Source of the DNA: Rhodospirillales bacterium
GTDB taxonomy: Bacteria; Pseudomonadota; Alphaproteobacteria; Bin95
Direction of reading: 5' to 3'
Length of the DNA: 20,970 bases
NCBI GenBank assembly: GCA_038143065.1
Contig: JAYQLI010000023.1
Span: 1 to 20,970 of the forward strand
Shown here: positions 10,391 to 19,447 of the stretch, piece by piece
Layout: each line of letters opens with the position of its first letter
How positions within the stretch are numbered: the first letter of the stretch is position 1
The notes under the pieces: generated by a model
What the model was told of the DNA's origin: nothing
Seen by the model: the letters and a program-made list of their open reading frames with translations, nothing else
Databases searched by the model: none
Position numbers and translations under genes: made by a program

Positions 10391-11342
10391 ATGGATTATG
10401 ATCTGCGCCAATTGCGCTACTTTTTGTAATGATTGCCAACGCAGGCAGCTTTTCGAAAGCCTCCTTGCAGCTTGGCGTCGCACAATCCGCGCTTAGCCAT
10501 CATATGGCTCAGATGGAGGCCCGTCTTGGAGTCACTTTGTTCTCGCGCAGTTCAAAAGGCATAGAGCAAACCGAAAAGTGGTTCTAGATTTTTGAACCAT
10601 GCTCAGGCTTTCATCCTTGCCGCAGTAGAAGCGGCGACCAATGATGTGCGCGACGACGCTAAAGAGCCAGGCGGGCTAGTCAGGTTGGGTGCTACACTGA
10701 CCGTCGCGCCAATGTTAATTGAGCAAGTGATGTCTCGGATTTCCCAGACGGCCCCCGCGTGTCTCGTTACGTGTCGAAGAACACCTTAGCCCGCAATTGA
10801 TGCAAAAGGTTGCCAGTGGAGAGCTTGATATTGCCGTGTGTTTCAATGCTGGTGATGATCGACGGATCGACGGAATACCCATTTTCGAGGAGGATATCTG
10901 CCTGGTAGGCTCGCCAGATCTTGTCGGCAAAACAGAGGCCAAAATCAGCCTCGAAGAGGCGCTTTCCTTCCCTCTGCTTCTTCCAGGGCGCGACCATATT
11001 CTTCGTGGAATGATTGATCGTGTTTCCCTGTTCAGGAACCGTCCCATCGACGTGCGCCATGAATGCCTTTCGCTACATTCGCTGCATGCAGGGCTGCGCC
11101 TTAGTCTGGGGGCCACTCTGATATCTCGGTTCTCGGCACTTCCCCTCACTCAAAACGGCGATGTCTTATGTCGGCCAATCGTTGAGCCTGTCGTGTCACG
11201 TCAGCTCTTTATTGCCTCAAGTTCCGAAAGGCCAAAAACAACTGCACAGGAGGCCGTGGTCCGAACACTGCACGATCTCATTAAAGAAAGTCTCGACTCT
11301 GGAAATTTACCAGGAGCAAGGGCCATATTATCCAAAAAGTAA
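10391..11342 (+). CDS. LysR-type transcriptional regulator, divergent from the tct/rdhA operon; frameshifted
   Basis: MDYDLRQLRYFL then IANAGSFSKASLQLGVAQSALSHHMAQMEARLGVTLFSRSSKG (HTH, read across frames), EPGGLVRLGA, SGELDIAV, FPLLLP. Confidence 0.9.
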
Positions 11343-11609
11343 TTTATAATAGACGTGCCTATTATACTAATGTCTGCCCGGCGGCGCGGCTTTCCAAGTT
11401 GAGAGAAATGGGCGCTTTATCATTGAGCGGCTCACTGGATCAATTGAATTTTGTGGCTCGAGCCAAATGCAGCTAAAGAGACTGCCTTTATAGTATCTTG
11501 AGGTTAGCTCCAAAGGCGGAAATTGTTGTGTGAACCATATCAGCCCCTAGTAAATGGCCCTGTCTGTAGATTTTCTGATGCGTCGTTGAAACAGTCTTCT
11601 GGCCCTTTG

Positions 11610-12848
11610 TTAAATAGTGGCTCCAACCACCCGGCCAACTGATTGGCCAAAGCCGATCTTGTAATCAATGCACGAGGAACAGCCTGAGATCGTGATAATA
11701 TCTCCATCCTCGATGAAGCTTCGCGTGTCGCCATTTGCCAATTTTATTGGCCTTTTTCCCCACTCAACTGAGTTCAAGCATGGACCCCGATTTGCGTGAG
11801 CTGGTCCAGAAATCGTACCGGACCCCAGCAAATCACCTACCCGCATCGGGCATCCACTTGAGGTGTGGTAAAAAGCCAGCTGTTGTGCAGAAGAATAGTA
11901 CATTTCTTTGTAGTTTGTGCGCGTTATCGTCGTCGCCTGACCGGATGCGGGTATCAGCTCAACTTGTAGATCTATGTCAAAAAGCATCGGGCCGGTGTCT
12001 TTTATGTGATCCAGAATTTCGAACTCGCGGTCTGGGGTCGAGACACGGAACGGATCAAGTGCGGCTTGGGTCACAATCCACGGGCTAATCGTCGCTGCGC
12101 CGTTGCCTTAGACTGGAATGGGCCAAGTGGTTGATATTCCCAGGCTTGGATGTCGCGCGCGGACCAATCGTTCAACAAGACATAACCAAAGATATTTGCG
12201 TCCGCCTGATCAACCGAGATGCGGCCTTGCGACGCGGTTCCAACAATCGCGCCGAGTTCAAGCTCGAAATCAAATCGAGCCGAGGGGCCGAAGCGGGGCC
12301 GATCGTCATTCGGGCCTTTCAGCTGACCCAAGGGCCGCTGTACCTCCGGTTCCAGAGATTACAACCGATGACGCGCGGCCATTGTAGCCGATTGGAATAT
12401 GCAGCCAGTTGAGGGGTAGCGCCCTTTCTGCCCCACGAAACATAGTACCAACATTGGTTGCATGGTGGCGGCTTGCGTAGAAGTCGGTGAATTCTGTTAC
12501 CGTGAAGGGCATGTGCATTTGCGCAATCGCTTGCGGAATTATATGCGGCTCAAGCTTTGAACGGTCGTTCGAACTATCACCGAGCATGGCGGTCAGTTGG
12601 GCACGAAAATCTGCCCATGCCTGGGATCAAGCTCCATGAAAGCGTTCCATGCGCCTGTTGCGATACCCAGCTGGAAGACCAAATTCATTGGCCAATGCCG
12701 TTACATCGAGTATCTTGTCGCCAATCGCGACACCGCAATGTTCTTTGAGGCTACCAGCCGAGAAAACGCCGTAGGGCAAATTGTTAAGGGGGAATTCCGT
12801 TTGCGCATTATTCGCGCTGGTAACCCATGAATTCAGGCGATTTGTCAT
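11610..12848 (-). CDS. fahA: Fumarylacetoacetase; frameshifted
   Basis: FPLNNLPYGVFS, GVAIGD, FTDFYASRHHATNVG, HIPIGYNGRASS, DFELELG, LLNDWSARDIQAWEYQPLGPF, GDLLGSGTISGP, FIEDGD. Confidence 0.95.
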
Positions 12849-12859
12849 TTTTTTAGTCC

Positions 12860-13485
12860 TTACTTAGCATTGGGCTGAACTTCGGGGCGCGCGCGATTGA
12901 ACGGGGCAAGGCTCAGGCAGTTTCTTTCAATGTCGAGCAGGCGATCGAGGCCAGCAAGGTCGGTTGACCAACGATGAGCGTTATAAAGCTGAGGGATCAG
13001 ACAAATGTCTGCGATTGTTGGTTCTGATCCAAAACAGAAAGGCCATCGCCGATCAAGAGTTAAAGGCTCGCAGCCCTTCGCGCATCCAGTGATTCATCCA
13101 AGCAACCGTCTCATCTTGGCCGTGCCCCATGGCCTTCAAGCGTCCGATCACTTTCAGGTTGTTAATCGGGTGAATATCGGAGGCGATGATCATTGCCGCA
13201 GCATTCACTTTGGCAGCTTCAAACGGGTCATCCGGCAACAAAGGCGGCGCTGGTACTATCTGGTCCAGATAACGAAGAATCGCCATAGACTGGGTCAATG
13301 ACCGGCCATCTTCCAAGCTCAAGCATGGAACGCCCCTCGAAGGGTTTAGCAGGCTGTATGACGCGCTGCGTTGCTCCCCCTCCAAAAGGTCAACAGGCAC
13401 AATTTTATGCTCTATGCCTTTCAGCTGCAAAGCAATCCGCGCGCGGTAAGATGGAGGACCGCCAGTAGGAATACAGTTGTATCAC
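12860..13485 (-). CDS. maiA: Maleylacetoacetate isomerase (GST zeta); frameshifted
   Basis: GTG at 13485 gives IQLYSYWRSS.SYRARIALQLKG, then LNPSRGVP, LTQSMAILRYLD, DIHPINNL, and C-terminal ARPEVQPNAK* (stop at 12860). Confidence 0.9.
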
Positions 13486-13487
13486 CT

Positions 13488-14822
13488 TTATTTCCGACCC
13501 GGCTTGCCATCGAATTTCTTTTCCAGCGATGTCCAACACTCGACATAATCGTCCTGCAAGGGCGCCTCTTTGCTGGCAAATTCCGTTAGATGCTGCGGAA
13601 AGCGTGTTTCGATCATGAAGGACATCGTGTTGTCGAGCTTTTCAGCCCCAAGCTTGGCATTGGACGCGCCATCAAAAGCGTTCTTGTCTGGTCGTGGGCA
13701 GCATCATGTTGTGAAGGCTGACGCCACCTGGAACGAAGCCTTCTGGTTTAGCGTCATATTGACCGTAAATATTGCCCATCAATTCAGACATGATGTTCTT
13801 TGTGATACCACGGCGGGCGGAAGGTATCTTCCGGCCACCATCCAGCGTTCACGAAACAGTACGAAGTCGATATTGGCCGTGCCTGGTTGACCGCTAAGGG
13901 GCAGTCAGGACGGTGAAAATGCTGGGGTCAGGGTGATCAAATGGGACCGCCCCGACGGGGGCAATAAGGTCCGCAGGTCGTATTTGTACGGCGCGTAGTT
14001 GCCGTGCCAGGCAACCACGTCCAGAGGGCTTTGTTCGATTTTGGTTTTATGGAACTGCCCACACCATTTCGCAGTCACGATCGAATGTACTTCGCGGTCT
14101 TCAAAGGCCGCCACCGAAGTTTTGAAATCGCGTGGGTTAGCCATGCAATTGGCACCAATTGGTCCGCGTCTCGGCAGTTCAAATTTTTGTCCGTAGTTTT
14201 CGCAGCAACAAATCCACGCGCTGGGCCGTCAACACTTCAACCCGATATAGCAGACCTCTTGGAATGATCGCGATTTCCTTGGGCTCGAGGTCAATAATCC
14301 CCAGTTCGGTACAGAACCGGATATGCCCTTCTTGGGGATAACCAGCATTTCGCTATCGGCCGAAAAAAAATAACTATCGACCATCGACTCGGTCGCCAGA
14401 TAGATATGCGTCGCCATGCCGATCTGCGTGTTCACATCTCCCGCCGTTGTCATGGTGCGCATACCCGTCAGCCATGTCAGGTCTTGATCCGAGTGAGGCA
14501 CTGGGTTCCAGCGGTACTGACCGAGCGATATTACATCAGAACCACATGGGCGCGGATACCCAATATGGCAGATCAATCTTTTCATAGCGGTGGCTGTGTT
14601 TGACGGATGGACGGATGCGGTAGCACCACGTACGCTCGGGGCGCACATCGGTGAATGCCGTTCCGGATAGCTGCTCGCCGTAAAGGCCATATTCGCAACG
14701 CTGCGGGCTGTTCATGCCTTGCGGTAGGGCGCCCGGCAAAGCCTCGGTTTCGAAATCGTTCCCAAAGCCGGGCATGTAACCAACGTTGGGGCCACCAAGC
14801 GATGGAGCAATTTCAAGCTCAT
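13488..14822 (-). CDS. hmgA: Homogentisate 1,2-dioxygenase; frameshifted
   Basis: [81 protein letters not shown]. The ATG at 14822 overlaps the hppD stop, with a GGAGG RBS upstream. Confidence 0.95.
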
Positions 14823-15920
14823 TGTAAGGCGACCTCCTTATCATAATCACCCGAAGCAATCTCCTCGGCCTCAATGCTCTCAAACAAGGCCTTAAAGTTA
14901 CCCTCGCCAAAGCCATCATCGCCCTTGCGCTGAATAAACTCAACAAAGATTCGGCCGATCACAGTTTTTGAAAATATCTGTAACAGGATCTTCGTCTCAC
15001 CGCCGTCAAGCACACCTTCGCCATCAATCAAGATCCCGTGGCTTCATCCGTTCCGATCGGTTCGTCATGCCCGCTGACGCGATCAAAGGACCTATCGTAA
15101 TATGTGTCAGGAGGTCCTGGCATGAATTTGACGCCCTTTTCAGCAATTGCATCGACGGACGTATAAATATTATGAGCGCCAACCGCGATGTGCTGAATGC
15201 CCTCGCCGTTATATTTCTTGAGGTAATTAACAATCTGCCCCGTTTCGCCGCGATCTTCATTGATCGGAATACGGATGCGACCACATGGAGATGTCAGGGC
15301 ACGGCTTAAAGGCCTGTAAATTTACCTTGAATATCGAAAAGCGGATCTCCTTTGAAATTGAACAGATCACCATAAAATGCAAACCACTTTTTCATGTTGC
15401 CCTTGAAAACATTATGGGTCAAATGATCGAGATAGTAAAACCCAACTCCTTGCGGATGCGCATTGCTGATCCAGTCAAATTCATCGTTATAAACACTTTG
15501 CTCGCAGTGCTGATCAAAGAAATAGATGAGCGATCCGCCGATTCCGATAATCGCCGGTGCATCCATGACCTTGCCTGTGCCGTTATAGGGTGTTGCTCCA
15601 TTTTTCACGGCATGATCAAAGGCGTTCTGGGCATCAACGACGCGCCAGCCCATAGAAGGTGCACAAGGGCCATGCTCTTGAATGAACTGTGCCGCCTGTG
15701 AGTTTGGTTCAGCATTGATGAGGTAAGAAATGTCGCCCTGCTGCCAAAGTTCGACCCTTTCGTCTTGTGATTGGCGACGTGAGTATAGCCCATCTTTGAA
15801 AATTATCGCGCAAAGACTGCGGATCGGGATGGGCGAACTCAACGAACTCAAAACCGTCGGTCCCTGCAGGGTTATCGGATGTGATCTTAGCGGGGCGCAT
15901 CATGTGGGGAAAGGGCCCAT
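14819..15920 (-). CDS. hppD: 4-hydroxyphenylpyruvate dioxygenase; frameshifted
   Basis: ATG at 15920 gives MGPFPH...[16 protein letters not shown], then [52 protein letters not shown]. Confidence 0.95.
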
Positions 15921-15939
15921 ATTTTCTCCAGAGGCTAAA

Positions 15940-15993
15940 TATTTCATGAAATAATAATTGCCTTCTCTTAAAATTTGTGTGCATTATTATGCA
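15940..15993. promoter_or_regulatory. AT-rich divergent promoter region with two inverted repeats (candidate Lrp/AsnC operators)
   Basis: Perfect palindrome TATTTCATGAAATA (15940-15953) and TGCAT-N4-ATGCA (15980-15993), both between hppD and the Lrp gene. Confidence 0.45.
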
Positions 15994-16038
15994 ATAAATA
16001 ATAAAAAACGCACAAAATAAGTCATAATTGAGAAAAAT

Positions 16039-16529
16039 TTGCATAACTATCTCGACAAGTTTGATCATCAGATTCTGCGTGCATTGGTAAAGAACAGCGC
16101 GCTGACCAACGCGCAATTGAGCGAGGTGTAAACCTGTCCACTTCGCAATGTTCCAGCGCCGTGTTCGACTTGAAAAGGTGGTTTTATCTCAGGCTATCAT
16201 GCACGACTAAACGCGCGGAAGCTTTGGGGCATCACTTTGCGTGCGGTCGTCCGCGTAAACCTAAATTCGCACAGCGCAGAAAATGAGAACGAGTTTACCA
16301 AGATGTTGGCACGTCATGACGAAATTGTTGAGGCGTTCCTCTATCATGACATGCGGATTACGTGCTTATCTTGCAATGCGAAAGTTTGGTTCGATTTGCA
16401 GACTTCATCCACCTAAGCTATTACCTCAATCGATCATAGGCCAGGTTAAGTCTCGAGATCGTACTGCGCGATATTAAGCGACCGAGCAGTGTTGGCGATA
16501 AAAACAAATTTTCCGTGACACTTTTATAA
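16039..16529 (+). CDS. Lrp/AsnC-family transcriptional regulator (HpdR-like), divergent from hppD; frameshifted, ends approximate, not in the ORF track
   Basis: TTG at 16039 gives HNYLDKFDHQILRALVKNSALTNAQLSE.VNLSTSQCS.RRVRLE...ISGYHARLN, and the C-terminus reads IVLRDIK. Lrp regulators divergent from hppD are known in alphaproteobacteria. Confidence 0.8.
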
Positions 16530-17189
16530 AACGCTTAAAGCCCAGATTACAATAATGCACGTCCCCTGATCGAGACCCATGGCCAGAGCAAACCCATAGA
16601 TGCCTCGATTGTGGCTTTAACCGCTTGTTTCCCAGCCGTTTTAATTATGCTCTTTAGCCTAAACAATCCATTCCGTGGTTGGCCCGGATCTAGGTTGCCG
16701 AAACTGGATTGCAACCCTAGTATCCATGGCACTCAATCATGCACATTACGATAGCAACTGAAATCTATCGCGAGCCAGAAAACCTAAAGAGTGTTTAGCT
16801 TCTGTTTTGCCACGCAAAGTTGAAAGCGCCTTAAGATAGGCCCCCATCTAAATAGCTCAAACCGACTGCAGTGAAGGCGTAGTTTGGCTTTTAGGATCTT
16901 TTGGCGGGGTTCAAAGATTACTTCGGCGAGGTCAACTGCAACAGCGACAATCATGCCAGAGATGCGGATCGTTTCTGGGTAACAGATGCGTTTGCAAAAG
17001 CCCGGTTTGTCCGCTTTAGCAGACATTTATATCTTCGTTGCGCGAAAGGCCCGGACTTGGATTATTTTATTGTTTAAGCAACTTTATTGGTCTGCATTTT
17101 TATCAGCTATGTCAGCTGGAGGAATTATAAATCTGCCCAAACAGGGTCTACTTTGATTTTTTCAAAGAAAGTTCAAATCTGTCCAGCCC

Positions 17190-18050
17190 CTATATTCGTC
17201 CATTGATTTTTGGTTTCTCTAATAGGGTTTCTGGGACGGGTGGGCGCATGTTTAATGCATGGTGAGGTCTGATCTGGTTGTATTGCCTGAGCCAGGCATT
17301 GATTGCGACCTGAGCTTGTTTGGTGGTGTGGAACCATTCCGCGTTGAGGACTTCTTTTCGCAAGGTGCCGTTAAAGCGCTCGTTATACCCATTTTCCCAA
17401 GGGCTGCCTGGATAGATTTGCATTGGTTTGATCCCAACCTTCTTCAGCCAGTCCTGTAGATGCGTGGCAATGAACTCAGGTCCGTTGTCAGAGCGAATAA
17501 ATTCTGGCTTACCATGTTTAATCAGCAGTGGGTGCAATGCGTCCAAAACATCGTTCGCATTCATTTTGGACCGCACTGCCACGCAGAGCGCCTCACGGGT
17601 ATATTCATCTAGAACCGTCAGCATTTTATAGCTGCGCCCATTGCTAAGCTTATCGTGCACAAAGTCGATCGCCCAAATATGATTGGGGTGTGTGGGCCGC
17701 AGCCTGATGATGGAGCTGTCTTTGTGATAAAGCCGTTTGCGCTTCTTGTGCCGGCGCGGCAGCTGTAAACCTTCTTCGTTCCATAAGCGCTCGATCCTCT
17801 TGTGGTTAACACGCCAGCCTTCCATGCGCAGCAGGGCTGTGACTTTCCTATAACCATACCACCCATATTGCTTGGCCAGCCGGATCATCGCCAAGCGTAG
17901 TTTGGTATCATCTACTGGTTTGGCTTGATAGCGCAGAGTTGAGCGGGCTACATCCAGAACAGCGCAAGCACGCCGCTCAGAAATATCCAGCTTTTGACGC
18001 GTATGAATAACAGCCTGACGAAGCTGAGCCCGCGTCAGGCCCGCGGCTTT
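17190..18050 (-). CDS. IS3-family transposase OrfB (DDE integrase core), in the -1 frame relative to OrfA
   Basis: The frame is open upstream of the annotated 17894 start (ISERRACAVLDVARSTLRY). Motifs YGYRKV, VNHKRIERL, WAIDFVHD, LDEYTRE, IRSDNGPEF, PWENGYNERFNG, RPHHAL. Confidence 0.95.
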   Translation of the reverse strand, partial: KAAGLTRAQLRQAVIHTRQKLDISERRACAVLDVARSTLRYQAKPVDDTKLRLAMIRLAKQYGWYGYRKVTALLRMEGWRVNHKRIERLWNEEGLQLPRRHKKRKRLYHKDSSIIRLRPTHPNHIWAIDFVHDKLSNGRSYKMLTVLDEYTREALCVAVRSKMNANDVLDALHPLLIKHGKPEFIRSDNGPEFIATHLQDWLKKVGIKPMQIYPGSPWENGYNERFNGTLRKEVLNAEWFHTTKQAQVAINAWLRQYNQIRPHHALNMRPPVPETLLEKPKINGRI

Positions 18051-18323
18051 AGATGATCAAGGCTCTCCTTCAGGATCACCTTGTCTAACTGCAAGTCAGC
18101 GACGATCTTCTTCAAGCGCTCGTTTTTCTTTCTTGAGCGATTTCATCTCAGAAACCTGGAACGAGAAAGGCCTCCAAACTTCTTACGCCAGTAATAATCG
18201 CTCTTATCTGAAATCCCAGCTTTGCGACACACGAACTCACAACGTCAAACCATCGTGCAAATGAACATCAATCTCGCGTAACAACTTCAACACATCTTCA
18301 TCAGAATAACGCTTTCGAGCCAT
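18036..18323 (-). CDS. IS3-family transposase OrfA (HTH); contains indels
   Basis: MARKRYSDEDVLKLLREIDVHL...CRKAGISDKSDYYWRKKFGG...ERLKKIVADLQLDKVILKESLDHLKPRA*. Confidence 0.85.
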
Positions 18324-19129
18324 GTTTCCTTACTCCCTTTGCCAATATATACTGGCACAGTTCTAGGGGGTTAAGACAATTGTTGAATGGCTGGCCCACC
18401 TTTCCCAACCCCTCTTTGCAAAAAAAACAGAAAGATGTTCAGCCCCTCGCTCTGGGAAGCTGCCAGTTTTTTGGTCGGTCCACCCCAACCGTTTCCTTTC
18501 CACGCAGACCCTCTTACCAAGCTTCAGTGAGTGCGCACTGGTTGCGGAAGCTCCTGAGCCTGTGCTGCCAGGTCCTTGGCCCGAGTTGGTTGAATCACAC
18601 TCTCGTGGATGTGGATCGTCTGCCCTTTCCTCGAATCGCTTCGATGCTGCAGGGATAATGCAGCTGGATCTGCCATGGTGGCTGGGCTTCGTGCGTCAGC
18701 CTCCCACTCTTTGCCGAGGTCCAGAAGGCGCTGATCGCATCCTGCGATCTCCCGGCTTCTGCGCATCTCTGTTGCCTGGGTCGAGTGCACAGCCCGCAGA
18801 GTCAAGCTTACTGGCTGAGCGTGCGGAGTGATGCCCCACAAGGGAGGCCGTGGATGGGGTGGGGTTGCCGCAAGAGGTGGCGTTACGACCAAGCGCCTCA
18901 CGTATCCCTGAGAATCGGGGCCTCGAGGAAAGGGTATGCTATCGCTGAAGGTACGATTTGGCAGGTTGCCAGCGAGGCTGCAAGCAGAAAGCCTCGCTGC
19001 AACGGTGCAAGTGGTTTGCCTCAGCGAGGCGCATACTAGGGTTGGCTTGCTAACTGTCGCTGGTCAAGCAGCGAGGGCTTGGTTGAGACCGCTACGCCTC
19101 TGTCCGGCTGCCCTTCGTCGCGGGTGGCT

Positions 19130-19160
19130 CAGGCGGGGGTGGTGACCGCCTGGTTGTTTG
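19130..19160 (+). terminator. Possible weak intrinsic terminator / hairpin
   Basis: CAGGCGG-N9-CCGCCTG stem followed by GTTGTTTG, a poor U-tract. Confidence 0.25.
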
Positions 19161-19447
19161 TAAAATACAACTGACCAAATGCGGACATTAGCATAAAGCG
19201 CAGCGAATGACTGGATTAAGCCCAACTTGCACTATTGCGAATTAGACGCAATGCGCGAAAGCCGAACTGCCGGAAACCAGATTATGGAGTCGAGCCATCA
19301 CGCCGGCTTCTTCCGGTCTGGTAATCCTGGAAAGCAAATTCCTGGGGATTATGGTCAGATTGACAACTTCCTCATACGGGATACGGACGGCACCAATCAT
19401 GCGGTAACGCGCCACGGGTCTCGGATGGGACCAGATTGGAGGATAAA

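Larger units (their letters stand above)
17180..18378 (-). mobile_element. IS3-family insertion sequence (~1.2 kb)
   Basis: TG...CA ends with imperfect terminal IRs: TGTCCAGCCCCTATATTCGTCCA at 17180 versus TGTCTTAACCCCCTAGAACTGTGCCA reading inward from 18378. orfA and orfB are inside. No matching target duplication is visible. Confidence 0.88.

Noticed and set aside
616-10429. Numerous plus-strand ORFs (e.g. 702-1397, 3124-3585, 5227-5934, 8516-9013)
   Set aside because: They are antisense shadows of well-supported minus-strand genes and carry no family motifs.
15921-16116. N-terminal extension of ORF 15709-16116
   Set aside because: It runs through the AT-rich promoter and antisense to the Lrp gene. 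The real hppD start is the ATG at 15920, which has a GGAG RBS.
16547-17026. Short minus-strand ORFs 16547-16732 and 16784-17026
   Set aside because: They have no recognisable motifs or RBS, and are probably intergenic or decayed sequence.
19227-19447. 5' part of ORF 19227-19637 as a separate gene
   Set aside because: Only its 3' part matches the methyltransferase, in a shifted frame. The 5' part has no recognisable homology, though a gene remnant cannot be excluded.
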